Origin: Phoronis australis
Taxonomy: Eukaryota; Animalia; Phoronida
Length of the DNA: 64,000 bases
NCBI GenBank assembly: GCA_002633005.1
Contig: NMRA01000435.1
Location: 186,001-250,000 of the forward strand
Reading direction: 5' to 3'
Notes under the pieces: generated by a model
The model's input: the letters and a program-made list of their open reading frames with translations, nothing else
The model's database searches: none
Told to the model about the DNA's origin: nothing
Position numbers and translations under genes: made by a program
Part shown: piece by piece, positions 45,071 to 60,004 of the stretch
How the letters are laid out: each line of letters starts with the position of its first letter
Numbering within the stretch: position 1 is the first letter of the stretch

Positions 45071-48062
45071 GAATGCGCATTCTGCTGCCTGGTCTGTCAC
45101 ATACTAACCTACCGGCATGATTTTAATTGAAACGGGTGTATGTTTTTCAAGGACTTTCTATATTGTTGTAGGTGTTTAAATGTGGAATTAATGACACGTC
45201 ACAGAATAAATCATGCTAATCATACCGGTACATGTCAAAGGAACGTCAACGCTTCGGTGTTTAGGGGAGAGTCCTTCAGTGGAAACGCTCCAATTCCGTT
45301 TTGCATTGAAGTTAACAGATTAACCTATTGTTTCGCAATAAAGAGGTGGATTAATAGTGGAACCTACAGGATAATTCCTTATATCCGTGACTGCTTGGTC
45401 AGATTAGCAAGAAACACAACATATAGCGACAATGTGAATATGAAGTACCGTATTCACCGTAATAACCGCCCAGGGCGCTTAGAAAAGTTCGGTTCAGGGG
45501 GGCGCTTATTATAACCCAAGGCGGTTGAAACCCAGTCTCCGATACGGGTGAAATCGGAAGCTAAGATTCATCAAATTTACGCTCTGTGACGTATCTGTAA
45601 CCTATGAAAGACTTTCAACAAAACTGTGGTGCATTGCTATCGAACTTTGCTACTAAATTACGATCATATAGCGACAACGTCAATATGAAGTAGGTTGAAA
45701 ATTGCCAAATGTTTTTAAGAACGAGTTTTGGGGTGAAAATCACCTACCGCAAAGCACAGAACCGTGTCCAGTAAGAGTCGTGATATGGTTCTGGGGAATA
45801 ATACTGCACGATGCAGTCTATGATAGCCCGCGAGTTACGTCATTAGTGCAAAGGTCACCTATTTGCTGAATTTTTTGTTTTCACATTCACAAGTTGTCAA
45901 TGAATACAACCGCACTTTGTTTAGCGTAGATGATGTTCAAATAGCATTGTCGTTTAGTTCCTCTGCTATACAATGCCATAGTTTGGAGCATGCTAAACTT
46001 TGAAATGTCAATGCCTCACAACAGTGGGAATGCTCAACTTTGGTTTCAATCAAAGTTATCAACAGGGGTCACAGCTGTGACAATGATGAGGGTCACATTA
46101 CACCACTCTGCAACACCTCCATGACAATAGCATTATGTACCTATAGATAACACCATTGTAGGGTAACTAATGGAACCAACTTAAATGATTTTCGCTAGTA
46201 CCGGATCTTGGTGTGAAAAAGCCCATTAAACATTTTTTATCGAGAAATGTGACAAAAATAATTTCCCCTTTTGCACTATATTGAAAGTAAATTCAAGGCC
46301 AATACCTCTGCCTAAGCAATAAAATGAAGTATGTTTGCCTTTTGTATTCAACCTATTACTAACACCAGAGCACCATAAACAAAACACAATGAAATGAAAT
46401 AAAATGTCTGAGTTTACAACATTGCACTATTTCTGTTTACACCTTTATGAGGCCAGTGAACCTTCAGCCATAACTGCAAATGAAAAATTGAGCCACAAAA
46501 ACGCCTACCATATAAGCTAACAGGATTCTACGCGACGTGGTCAAAAGTCTGAATCTTCTACCAGGTTTCGGCTGCACATATTTTCCAAACCAAATACATA
46601 TTAAAATTCTCGTACTGCATGCATTTTCATTTAATAGTGGAAAATCATCCTAAATTTTCAAAACAGCAAAAACTAAAAAATCCCACACTAGTAAACCTCA
46701 TTTGCGCTGGCGAGGGTATGTGATACCTCCCGACAGCTAGCTTGTGCAGAAATATGGGCTTGTGTGGGACAGGACTATTATGGTTCAAGGTGATTACTTT
46801 TAACAGCTTTTGGAAGTAAAACAAGATATGAGATAAAAGTAGTAAATTTGATACAAGAATTAAAGAAAAGAAAATTAATTCACCAACTCAAGCTTGTTTT
46901 ATAATGATTATAGAAGCTTTTGTTTATGTTCTATCAGCTGAAACAGTCACACATCAGCTTTTTTTCTGAGACTTACTTTCATAATTTTGAATTGAAAAAA
47001 ATTGTGCTCAATGAAAATGACAATTCGCAGACTGGTTTGTTGACGACTGCTTTCGAGAACGCAATTTTAGAAGCAAGCACGTGTCGTCATTCAATAGTGA
47101 GGTTCTCCCGTTACCGCTAGCAGTGTGCTGGTGAGCGCTCTACTGAACTGGTTTCTGATGTCACCAAACAAATTTTAACTTGAAATTTTAATTTTGAAAT
47201 TTTTAAGGAGTGGCTGTTTCTTATGTATCTACACTGATAAAAATTCTTTAAAACACAACAAAAATAATTGCTTTAACATAGCCTTTCTTACTTTTCATAG
47301 ACTATATCACTATAACTGCTGCAGATGTTGATCAGGTGTTGTCTAGTGACTGCCATATTAAATAAAACTATGCTAGAAATGAAACTTTAATAATCCGCTA
47401 TATTGGGTCTCAAAATAAAAAATTTTACCATAATTTCAGTAGTGAATGTAATTACATTAGGATACAAGTCAAAAATTTCACTGAAACAGTAAAAAGCAGA
47501 CGTCAACACCAGATAGTTCCTTCTGAACATGGAAAAGCCTTCATGGGGGTTAACTACATAATTTCTCTATTTTCCAGTCTCAATTACATAATGTTAAGAA
47601 ATAGAACACCACAACAGGTGCAAATTATGAGTAATCAGCTGAACGTCATTAGCAATTCGCGTTGATCATCAGGTAACCATTTACCTGAAGATTCAGTCTC
47701 ACTCCTACACAAACCACACTGCCCTACTGTAATGCGTTTTTAGGGTTAGTTTTTGTTTTCTTGAGCCAAGATGAGCATCACTAATGGCTTAAGTAGATAA
47801 ACACCTGCTTAGCATTACTATATTGCTCTCAAGGAAATCGCCATCGGTAGGGTACGGCACAGATACCTTAACAACATGATAACTTAATTTCCCACACCCT
47901 TGCCAACAGTTTGCACAGCTACACTGCTTGGAGCCTTTTTTGGGCTAATAGCAGAAATTATAAATCAAATTTACTATAATAAACACACGAAGAAAATTGC
48001 CTGTTTGTATTCTAAACTTGAAGGACAGAAGTTTCCCTAAACCTGGTATAGTTCATGTACAG

Positions 48063-48516
48063 TACCGTGTTTACCCGGGTCAATACCTGCGTTCAGCTTA
48101 TTGTCCTGAAATTTCCAAATTTTCACATTTAAATGTCCAAGTTTGTTTTAATGCCAATCGTCAGTTTTCACAATGGAGAATTTCTTGAAAGGACCCATGT
48201 CTTTGAAAACATTCACTTTGCGCAAATTTTAGCTCCCAAAATATAGGACACCACCGTACTTTTGAATAACGAACATTCAGAATTTCACAACCACTTTCTT
48301 GTAGTTGAGCTCGAAAATACTCATCCTATAAAAAGGCTTTATCTGACTCTTGCATGTTAGTCTGATGGGTTAACGCAAATCTACTGCTTGAGTAAATGGC
48401 CATCTCTGATTTCTCAAAATTTTTATTTTCAAACTCTCATGATCGGTTTAATGCCCACCACGATTTTTGAGTTTCCCTACTAAGCACCTTGGGTGACATC
48501 CCAGAAGAGTACGGTA
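48063..48516. mobile_element. Possible Tc1/mariner-like MITE
   Basis: Ends taccgtgttt... / ...gagtacggta give only short TACCGT inverted termini. Confidence 0.35.
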
Positions 48517-49994
48517 CTTTCACATCCAATTTGTTTCCACTTTATGATTCACGCATAAATTATGAAAAATCAAAATGAAAATGCAAAATGAAAAGAAGAC
48601 GGTGACTTTTAAATTACTGTGTTTTATGCTCTAGATTTTTTATTTCAAAAGTTGCCAAGACAAATTTTCATCTTTACCGAATAACAGAGGATTGTACCCT
48701 AGCTGCGGCTGAAAACCATATTTCAAAACAGGTGTGCAAGGACGGTGTGCCTCCTCATGGTGAGCAGTTGGTATTTCCTTTTCCACGAAAACCGACTGAA
48801 TAATCGAGGACAAATTAGGTTTACCTGGCACGTTCAACATCCCCAGTTTGATAATTATGTTGACTGAGCAGGTGTAACAACCACAAAAACCAATCAAGTA
48901 GAATGTCTGGAGAAGAAATTTTTCCCATTTTACATGGTAGATAACATTACGAAAGAAAGCATTAAAAATTATAACGCTTGTATTCCTTGCACAAGTGATA
49001 CACCGTTTCTTAGAAATAACCACCACAGATGTCCAGTGAAAGGGAAAAGCAACTGTTTCGTGCTGCTACCTTTACCAACATTTCAGATCCTTAGTTATGT
49101 TGGCAAGGAGTATTTCTACGTTAATTACTTCTGCACTGGTACATATCTACTATCCATGCAACTGCAAGAATAGTCTTTCCGTCTTTCTGAAACAAGCGGG
49201 CAGATTGGAAGATTTTACCCAGGAGGAATCCGGTGATGTCGTGTCCCCATGAGTCATAATCAGGCAATTAGTGTAATGGGCCCGGTCTGGTGGCCTAAAC
49301 GCGCCTGATGTACCGCACAAGGCATCAGGGCACCTGCATTCCTTTTTTACAGCAGGAAGTGACAAAAACATCTCAGCAAATGGTCCTCGTCTTGGTTCTG
49401 TATTCATGTCTATTCAGCAAACACCAGAATCCGACCCGTCTGCTCAGTAGTGAGTAGGCTATTACCATGTTGGCCAAATGGCAGTGAATGTAGAACCAAG
49501 ACATGGACTTTTTGCTGAGCCGCGACTTTCTATTGTTGAATAGATGGGAAATACGCGCTACAGCAACAACAACGGAAAATGTCTTTCCAAGATAACCAAG
49601 GCAGTATAAGTTCACCAAAGGCAACATCAAACATGGCTGCTTTCCACTCTCTAGCCTTCTGAAATCTACATTTTTTGTTGGATTTCTTAGCATAAGATGA
49701 ACTTAGAAAATTCCAAAGTAAAGGTGACTCTCACGCACACCAATGAAGAGAAGTGGTAAATGCCAACCTAACATTTCCCTAGCATTTAAGTTACCTCACT
49801 GGATATTATCTCCGAGCAAGATCAATCATTGGAAAGTTCATTGCTAAAATTGGCTAAAAGCTGTCTTATCCCACGGGAAGAAGATACTCTGGGTGTGTTT
49901 GCAGCTCCAAACTTAGGATTTACGATAAAATATATTAACCAATTTAGGACAAACATAACAGTCAAAATTAACATTTTTCATTTTTCAAAAGCTG

Positions 49995-50192
49995 CAGACC
50001 TTGTTGAGAATGGCCATAACTTCTCAAAACATTATCTGGTAGGTATAGTACAGAATTTCAAAATGATAAATGTTTATTTGGTACTACATGTCTTTAGTAA
50101 AAAAATGAAAAAACAAAATTTCACGTCCTCCATATTGTGTCCTCCATATTGTGTCCTCCATATTGTGTCCTCCATATTGTGTCCTAAATTGG
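49995..50192. mobile_element. Interspersed repeat family C copy (inverted copy at about 60838-60995), with an internal 14-bp tandem expansion at 50125-50185
   Basis: ttgttgagaatggccataacttctcaaaacatt matches the reverse complement of aatgttttgaaaagttacgggcattcacaacaa. gtcctccatattgt is repeated 4 times. Confidence 0.6.
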
Positions 50193-52519
50193 TAAAATTT
50201 CACCGTACGCAGCCTTCTAGAGAGTGGATACGAGAAAAGAACCCATTTGGCAGGAGCTCCAATAAAAATTTCACTCATTTGCTCCAGTAACACCACTCTG
50301 TGTTTCTATCCTGGGTGATCTCACTAGCAAGAAATTAAATTGGAAAGGCACTGTTCACAGGGAACCAATATGTCCGCTTTGGGCAACCCATCCATCTGAG
50401 CGACATGAGAGGAGGCCCAAGTATTTTACAGATATATGTACGGACATTTGAGGGCCATTAAGACGATTCTCAAAATCATTTGAAGCATCGCAAATCTAGA
50501 TAGCTACAACACCTCAAGTGTATAAAGAAAATAAAAACTACAAATGATCCAAATTAAAGAAAAACATGTCAAGTTTGTTTAATTCAACCAGAAGAAATTT
50601 TTCATCACCATAGGATGATCTGCAAAGATACAAATCACCCACATTCCTGACACAACAGGACATACTGTACTCCCCATAAATTCTTAGTTTTCAACATAAA
50701 CCTCCAGAAATCTGAAGAATCTTGCCAAACTAAATACAATAAAAGAACTAACACTGAAAAGTCGAAGTAATAATAAAACAAGAAAAAGATAAAATCGCAT
50801 GCTTTTCTTCATCATGTAGCAAGATCCAACCATGCTGTGTGTATCGTGTACTTTCCTTGAGGCAGAAAAATTCCAATGTTAAGTAAAATTTATGCGAATT
50901 CAAAACAGCAAACCGAGTGAGGTAGAGGCCTGGTAATGACAACCTCTGCTAACATTGAGGGTGTGGGAAATTACCCTTGTTCTCTTCAATTCAACAAAGG
51001 GGCATTTGTTAGAAGGATACATTTTTGGAAATTTCTTCAGTGTGCAAGGCATGTTCCTGACAGCATTAATTCCATAATTTCAGACACAGAAAATTTCCGT
51101 TTAACACCATTCAGGATTAAACCTTAAAATTCTCAACCATATCTTTGCTGTTTTTGGAATGGTACTTGTTTCAAGTCTGAACTCAAACAGGCAGCAAATC
51201 CTAATGCAATTTGCCAATAAGCTCGTTCTAAATTCTAGACATTCTAAATGATCTCACAACAACCTATCAACATGATTCCAAATTTAAAAAAATCACTGCC
51301 CAATACAAATGAATTAAAGGCATAGAGAACACGCAGAGATCAAACAGACCAGAAAGGTGCTACTTAAGAACTTGTCTATGGGCAAACTATGAAATCCGCA
51401 CGTTAAACTTTCAGCTTACAATCAATCAGCCCATCCAAATCCCCAAAAAGAAGTGTGAAATGACACAAGGTAGTGTAAACAGACTCAATTTCCGATCAGG
51501 GCTCTAAAGGCCCTTTCGCACTGAGTTAACTCTTACTAGAGGTGTATGAATGCAAGCAGCAACATTAACATGAGGTTTCTCACTGATTTCAGTATTTAAA
51601 CAATATAGATTGATTGCCAGTGAAGTCATTGCAAGGTAGTGTTGAGACTTTACACCGAAATTTTTGAGTATGTGCATTTTTTCCACATAAAGAGTCAAAC
51701 ACATTTTTGGGTAACAACTGAAATGGAAAGGCATTTGCTTCAATTAGAAGAATGGTAAATTTTTGAAGACTTGGCAAATACTTAACGCAACAAGTGCTGA
51801 CGTTGACAGCAATATCCCTTGCCGAAAACTTTGAGGACACTGAATTTAAGCATTCTCACCACAGCGATGTGTTGCAGTTAACTCACCAGTTCACTGCGAA
51901 GTGAAGACACGGTTTTACCCTCAATCCACAACAGAATTTAATTCCTACAGACCGATGTTCCCCTAAACACTAAAAGGTCGACAATAGTGGAAATGGCTTT
52001 TAAAAAAAGACCAGCAGTCATTTCAAATGGTGCTCTGTATGGAAAAATCAAAACCTCCGTTGCTGAAGGTGAACAGTTATACAGATGATGAAACACAGCT
52101 CAACAGAAAATATTGAGACAATGGGCAGTGACATCTGGTGTTACAATTAGGTACCCTTACATCACCACGGGGAAAGTTCATTGAGTGCAGACATTACATG
52201 TGTCTAGCATGTAACAGAAATGTACGCATTTCAAGTTTTCAATCTGTCTTCGATTAGAAGACTTTTCTTCTGTTAAAAGATATTGATGAGAACTGGTTCA
52301 ACTCATTTGCAGGCGAGAACATGCTACGAGAGCCAACAACCTGACGTACAGTAACCTTGCTAAAAGCTGGCAAGTTAGTTTAAGAACGAACTACCCATAA
52401 ATGTGCACCCAAAATTTATTGTCTTCAACGATTGGCGAAAGTGCTTCCTGTGTGAATGTACTAACGTAAAACATTCCCACTTTGGTCAGTCAAACAGTTT
52501 TATTAGTTTACTCATGGTT

Positions 52520-52800
52520 GGAACTTGTACTAAATTTTAGAAAATGACGATGCTGGCCGTCCAAAATTCAAGAATTATGATAAATAACAAACTATCATTC
52601 ACCTCGACGTGACACACTTTGAGGTAAATGGTGCGTCGGCAGCTATTTTTGATGATTTTATGAATTGCCAAGTCTACTTGCCAGACCTTGAAACAAGATG
52701 TGATATGTTACATTACAAAAATAGGATGAGCGCCAAAATTTCCCATGTTCAGTTTCTTCAGAATCAAGAACGTTCATTTTCAGCTTGAAGATGCCACAAA
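52520..52800. mobile_element. MITE family A copy (inverted)
   Basis: ccaaaattcaagaattatga...gctatttttgatgattttatg...ccaagtcta is the reverse complement of 17075-17205. Confidence 0.65.
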
Positions 52801-54416
52801 AATCTTTATGATATTATTCATCCCCAGTGCTAACATTCAGGTCCGAAGTATACTTCAGAACTAATTACAAAACCACGTTTAGCGACAATTGGGTCATGTC
52901 AAAATCATCAACTGCAAACTAGAAAAATCCAATTAACGGAGTTGAATCTAGCCACGAATGCAATAGATGAACTCTGTTCGATCTGTCGTGTTATCACATA
53001 AAAACGAGTACGAGAACTCACTGTGTCACAAAAGCTCTTATCAAAAATGTGTTCCAGACAAAAATGAGGGAAGCCTGGTACATGGCTTTAATACGGTAAA
53101 TGTCTTTGCTGTCCAAGCAGAACTTGACCACCAGATCAAGACAGAGCCACGACTAAGCGTATTTACAGAAAAATCTGTTTACAACAAAGCAGTCACTCAG
53201 TCGACTGCAACACCACATACAGATGGTCATAATCTTGGAAATTCACAATCTCATCACATGTTCAATTCACGAAAGGTCAGGTAATCATTTGCGAATTTAA
53301 TAACCAGCTGGATTCAATAGAATATTGAGTGTTTCATCCCCATGACCCCAGGCAACTCAATAATCGCCCATCACCGACATTGCAAAATAACTAATTTTCA
53401 CCAACTCTCTACGCCACATAGGGGCCCAGCTGCCGCTGGAAATGTTAATGTAGCAACTTCCCACCGAATCCCAAAATATTGCTTATGAATAAAAACTGTC
53501 AATTTCAGTTATAAAAGCCATGGATGATGGTGATAAGAAAATATTGTGATACACACAAGATTTTTTTTAGAGATGTCAAGGTCTTTAAGCGGAAACACCA
53601 AAACAAAGACAGACAAAGATGCGACCATCATGAACCTCCCAGCACTATTTATTCCAGTCCATGATTTATTAAAAATTAACTAAAAATTAACTAAAAATTA
53701 ACGGCACCTCAATAGAAGACCAAAGTGAATACTTTATTTCATCACCAAACTGGAACCAGCGAGCCCATTTATAATAGATAGACGACATCAAATAAGAGCA
53801 GAAAATAATGAGAACTGCTAGTTATGATCAAATATTGATTCTGTTCAAGGTGTTGGGGACGTCGGACGAGATTAGTACAGTCGTAAGCCTCCCTCGGGCT
53901 TTCCAACAAATTCCAGTCGTGTAAAAGGCCAATGGGGTCGGAAATGAAGAGCGGAGATCAATAACACAGATGACACAACGCTTATTGCATACGAAAACAG
54001 ACAGTTCACTAGTGGTAAACTGTAGCTGATAGCTCAATATCGGGAGGGAACCTTATGAGGAGGGAAGCCAAAAAATGCACAAATATAATTGCCTGGTGAT
54101 TTATTCTATTGTAATGCGCTTTAAATTCTAATGTCAACAGCCTGCTCATGGCTTCTGTGCTAAACATTCATGTTGCAGGACTGGACTAGTAGAGCATTAG
54201 CACGAGGATGAATGGCTTCATTTGGAGACCCCAGACAAAACTGGACCTAGTGGCCAGTTATAAATGTGGATTTATAGATCAACATTGATACAGTGTTGAT
54301 GTTCTTATTTCTTTAAAGATGTTAAGACGGTATTGCCAGCCAAGTCGACACAATGCACATGGTGAAGTTTCCCAAGGGTTACTGAACAATCAACAAAGCC
54401 ACAGGGGTTTAGAAAT

Positions 54417-54583
54417 GCCCGGTTAACACTGAAGATTTTAAATCTTCTACATCGATTTAAAATTGGTTTGCGGTTCAAATCGATTTTCAACCTGAAGCCA
54501 CGAGTGGAGGTGGTTTTGAATTGATTTGACCCGAACTGATTCCTACCTTGTGAAGCGTGAATGCAAAATCGAATTGATTCGAC
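54417..54583. mobile_element. Interspersed repeat family D copy
   Basis: Reverse-complement similarity to 44642-44812. Confidence 0.55.
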
Positions 54584-55290
54584 TAAAATGGGGAAATTGA
54601 TCTTCGGCACATTTGTGCAAGAGCAGATCCAGGCTCCCGTGTTTAACTTAAAGCAAGATTGTTGCAAGACCTTATCCCTCGTTCTACCACCTCGGGGTCA
54701 CTTTGGGATTCCCCAAAGAACAACAATTTCAAGGGCAATAATTTCATGCAACTCGAGTTTTTCATAAAAACATAGAAGATCTTGTTTTTTGACAGCCTCT
54801 CATCTCTCGTGCAAAGGTAGAAAAGTTTAAAAACACAATTCCTTAGAAGTTACATTTGAATCTAGTCAGCCTGTTCTGAATTTAAGCCGAATTTGGACAT
54901 TTTTCCAGAGTCCCACATAACCCTATAGCCAGAACCCTGTCGTTCCATAAGTCTAGATATACCTTGAAAATGCCAAAAGGTTTCCAGTGTGTATAACATT
55001 AGGATTACCGAAATACTGGGTTTACAGGAGGGGTGACAACCCAACATTGCTAACAAGACAGACAAGCTGTACACGAAGGGGTCATTTGTGCTAGCAGTTA
55101 GTTTGTTTTGTCACCACCCAAATTTTGATGTCAAAACAGGTCCACTCTCTTCAATAAACCAATTAATAATAATTGACAATAAACAAACACCTTCAAACCT
55201 TGCACAAGTGTATGTGTTGAAGGGGTCTAGCTACAAAGGCAAAATGCCTGAGATTTTGGGTTTAACTACCACCAAAACTTACAGTTGTAA

Positions 55291-55365
55291 CCCGTTCACA
55301 TGACTGGTGTCTTTGTCACTAGAGCTAGTGCTAACACTATCGTTATGACTAGTTTGTGAACGGGG
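55291..55365. mobile_element. Tiny TIR element (Harbinger-like ends)
   Basis: cccgttcaca ... tgtgaacggg inverted termini. Confidence 0.45.
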
Positions 55366-56004
55366 TAAAAGTTTGTTTTCTAACCGGTTTTGTCAGTTTT
55401 AAAGTTCGAATACGAATTTTCTAAGCGCACTCACTACGAAATAAACTAACCACTGGAACCACAAACAAAGTTGATCTTTCCATTGGTCACTTGTGTATTC
55501 TTTGAAGTAAGCAGTCAACCAACAAAAGTGCTTTCAAAAGCCCACGCTGCTTTGGGGTAACTTAAACTACTAGTAAATGCGACTCCCATTACTGGGATTT
55601 TGCTACTCGGGGAACGAGCTAGTGTAAATGTTGGCATTTTAGCCAGTATGTGAGTGGGAAATTGAATATACAGTCTTGAGCTGGTGTACAGCTTAATGCT
55701 GACCGGTCAAAATAACAACTTCAAGGTGAGATGGAATAAGAATGAAAACGTTTATTAAGCCAAAATAACACCTGGGAGCTACATACCGACCTCAGTACAA
55801 CCAAAGAAAACAAGAATTACCAACTTGTCTTTTATCACAACTTGATTTTTGTAAGGAATGCAAAATTAGACCAAGATATCTGACACTCGTCTAAGTGTGA
55901 AATGGGTAGCCCCAAGGTAATAGTACTTAATGGCGCCCAGTACAACTATAACACCGTACACTACAGCAAGACAGGGGTCCAATAGTATTACAGTAACAAG
56001 TCTC

Positions 56005-56345
56005 CAGATTATGCACTCTCTAAAATTTGAGACACGGAAATTGAAGCAGATCAAATTTTTTCGATTCTCAACATTGAGACACGGTTGATTTTGGCACTCA
56101 TCAAACTTCTCAAAATTTGGACATTGCGGCATTTTTGTATCAACGCAGTATCAAAAATAGACTTGGCAAATCATAAAATCATCAAAAATGGCTGCCAACC
56201 CAACTTTTTATTTTTTTAATGCTTCCTCTTAATGTGTAACATGGAGGAGACTGATCGCTTGTCACTGAACATAATTCTTGAATTTGGAAGAGCCAAAATT
56301 GCTTATTTATAAAATTTGGTCCTAAACTAAAGAAGTTTTACTATG
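56005..56345. mobile_element. MITE family A copy
   Basis: aaatttgagacacggaaattgaagcaga...aaaatagacttggc...aattcttgaatttggaagagcc is collinear with 16945-17230. Confidence 0.65.
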
Positions 56346-56533
56346 AGTTGTCCCAATTTGCTCCACAGAGGACCATGCCCGTAGTTAGAGGAGCGTTCAT
56401 ACTTAACTCTACATTTTGCGACAAATACGACCAGAATTAGGCACCAGTATGTATTCAACAGAGTAAGTGTGCAGATGGTAAATACTTCTACATTGTATGC
56501 AAGATTTCCATCGCACTAAGACTTCTGCTGACC

Positions 56534-56697
56534 CAGTGGCGGATTTAGAGGGGGGGGAGGGCCAAGGGGGCCATGGCCCCCCCTAAAATTCTCCCAGATT
56601 CCATTTGGCAATGCAGGGGTGCGAATATCTGTCGAGCAAAATCCTGGCTAATACTCTGCCCTGGCCCCCTTAACTCAAAATCCTGGATCCATCCCTA
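56534..56697. mobile_element. Short hAT-like non-autonomous element with a 5-bp TSD
   Basis: Begins CAGTGGCGGATTTAG with G-rich/C-rich subterminal palindromes and ends ggatccatcccta. TGACC lies on both flanks. Confidence 0.55.
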
Positions 56698-59600
56698 TGA
56701 CCCCTACACAAATAGCGTTCGCACTGCAGCGAATTCTATCAACAACTCCGGAAGCAACTTGGGAAACTTCTAGCGCAGATGGCACTTGTGATGTGGTGTT
56801 AGGCACACACTAATGTGTTAAAAGAGACACACTAAAATCTCCATAATTTCCAGGACAATCGGGGTCTGGTCTTCATTACTATGTTTACTACTCAAATTTC
56901 CCAGTTTCACAAATCTCAGGTAGCATAATTAGTTTTCCACAAATAGCTACCAACACACTCTCACTATCAGGTATCACAGGCTATCTCTACATTGCTAATT
57001 AGAGATATCAGATAAAAAATGTGCACAAAACTGAAAGTCTTATCGGTACATTTGAGTAGCTATGAAGGCTGTTAGTTCGGGGAAGCCTTCCATAGAATGT
57101 GTCTTTCGAGAAAAGCGAGATCCCGCAAGATCATGCAAAATCAAAAAGGCGAGTGTTTCACGGCTATGCTCGAGAAGACTAGCATAACCTATCAAAATGG
57201 CGCCCAGCGATGTGGTTGGTCAGTAAGGTTAAAATGTTAAAATATGGGATAGAATTTACGACAGCTTTCTTTACATATACGTAAGTGGAGATTTCTCACC
57301 ACAAGAGCATGTGTAGTGTCTCAGGTCTACAGAATACAGCTCAATCAGGTTCGGACCATGAAATGTCATTTTATGATGACATTGTGGCCTAGACAAGTGA
57401 TTGTACACAAACCGTGGTGAGTAAAATTTCAACGTGATTCATATGAGTGAAACTATATACCTCATGTCATTCAGAGGTACAGATTTTTAAAACCTCTCAA
57501 CCATAAAAGCTCTGACAATAGTATGACCACAGAAAAAAACAGCAAAAGCTGAAAATCAAACTGTCATCCAGTGCAAACCGCTCAGTTGTAACAAGCGACT
57601 TCATTGGTCTACTTTGTTGACACTTTTACTAAACAGAAAATTGATTTGTTGTTAATAAGGCATTTTGGATTGCTCTGCTGAATATGTGTATTAGAAGACA
57701 GTCTGTTTAGGCATGCTGCAATTCCACAAGGCCAGGGTCTGTTTCATGAAAGTCACTTGAGATTTAAGACAGAATTTTGGTCTTACCCTCCCACTTCCCA
57801 ATTGGTGAAAAAACGTTCAGTCAAGTAATTACGATCATTTCACACTCTAGAAATAATTAATAAAAATAATCTCCGTAAGTAGCAGTTCTGTATACATTCT
57901 CTGAGACTTTGCGCAAATGCCTGGCGAGGAAAACGAGATCCTGAGACCACAGTGGTCGAGAAGGAATGTTGGTCCACTGTTCTAAATCCCTAATGTGAAA
58001 GGCCTTCGGTTGGTAGTACGAACTAGCCTCAAGGAAGTTGGAGATAGCTATGCTAGATTGAATACGCACAAACTTCACATTTTCATAAATAATGTTTGAA
58101 TGAAAAATGGAAGCATGGACCATAACACTAGGTAATTGTAAATTGGTGATTGTCCTACAATACTCACAATCCAGACAAGACAAGATACACAGAGTTCATC
58201 GGCCATAACATCATCAAGGATTATCCAGGTGGCCCCAAAACAACATACGCTACACATGGTGGGCACATGTACATGACTACATCCATTTTTATCTTTATAA
58301 ATAGATCCTCTCAGTAGGATTGAACTAAACATCAAAACAATAACCATCTATCATCTCAAGGTTACATAGGACCCTGGACAAATGCCCAAATTTGGCCAAC
58401 TTCGGAATGTCATATCTCAGAAATGGCTGTTTGGATTGACATGAAACCTTCTGATATTATGCTTTTTGTATTGTTTTTTCATATGACGGCCTATCACAAA
58501 ACAGAACATACAATTACCGTGGAAAAAGTCAAAAGGTGCATAAAACAAAAATAACACACTGCTTCAGATATTTGAGATTTAATCTAGAAAATTTTATATC
58601 AAACGAAATTTGAATATGTTACTGATACCAATGTTTGACACCAGTGTAAGGTTCTTTTTTGGTTAACATTTCTCAAAAGGCATGACTATTTGACTCAATA
58701 CACAACAGACGGGTAAAAAGTAAATAATTCTACACACTTTCTACGTTCAGAAATTGAATACTTTCTCCGAGTTAAAATCTATACTCGTTTTGTAGACACT
58801 TGGCTAAATATAGCCTGGTTAATAAGTATTACATAACTTCAATTAAGGTGTCTTTCCACAGAACTTCTTCCAAGGACATCAGACACGAGACATCATTTCA
58901 CTAGGATTGCCTTTATTAACTTTCTATCATATCATTGCAAACAAGTTTTCAAGAGTGTGTATGTATATTATTTGTAGTATTTATCTTGTATCGTTTTAGT
59001 ATAGCCTATCCAGGGCCATGGTCGAGAGAAGTCCACAACGGGAAACAAATTAGATAAATTTAGCTCTTATACATATTTCTCATTTCTCACCTTTAATACC
59101 GTCTATCATCTGTCTTTCTTATTACTCATTTCAAAAAGTTATGAGAACACACCACACAATCTGTTGTCAATCAACTCAGCCGCTTTTCTCAATATTGACA
59201 AGATAAACCTGTGCTTCACCTAACTAGAAACAGGAATTCTAAGAATTACTACTGACCTCTGGCTCAAAATTAATTTTCCTTGGTATGCTATAACTCGCGT
59301 AAAAATACGGATTGACTGAGATTGATGCAATATCCAGCTAGCAAAATCAAGCACTTTTTAAACAGTGTTGTCTTCTAAACTATGCACAACGAATTTATCA
59401 ATAAAGCATTGAAACTGCATCAAGAAATTTACCAGAAAGCAAAAAATCCCAGTAAAAACGTGCAACACAAATACAGAGCTCTTGTAGTAGAATTTGTAAG
59501 GACTTGTTTTTAATTTCGAGTGGCTACCTGGCTATGGCAGAAGCATCACACAGGACAACCTCAGAGCCTCTTTACATGATCATGTTCAAGACCTTACATA

Positions 59601-60004
59601 ACAGGACATGCACTACCTCAAGCCTTTGAAACAAATCCCAAGATATTTAAAAGAACTCTTGTGAGATATGGCATTGATACAGAGGGCTTTACCACCAGCG
59701 TTTAATCAAAGGCTTCATGCGAATCTAGTAACATATGTCCTGAGCTGGAGCTTACACGCAGGGACTCAATCAGCCTTGAATGCTATTGTGCAGTTTGGCT
59801 TGAGCAGTTGGGCAAACGTTAAAACGCTTCACACTTGACATTTCAGTTGGCGTGAACAATTTGTGAAGAGGATATTGAAGGTATTGTGAAAGTATCGAAC
59901 TTCGTAATAGTTTTCCAGGGTTGAGATGCCAAGCAGCACATCGAGAGAAGGCCAACCACTTACGAAGCCCCTTTTGATTGAGAAATAAATTAAGTTTTGA
60001 ACCT

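Noticed and set aside
49150-49693. GC-richer block with 85- and 106-aa minus-strand ORFs considered as upstream exons of the NB-ARC gene
   Set aside because: No recognisable domain, the frames end in stops, and I found no suitable phase-1 donor.
49829-50296. 153-aa ORF with SSILC repeats
   Set aside because: The repeats are translation of the 14-bp minisatellite inside a transposon copy.
52012-52037. 15-nt match to miR-29 on the minus strand (AGCACCATTTGAAAT)
   Set aside because: There is no complementary arm to form a pre-miRNA hairpin and both ends mismatch; probably chance.
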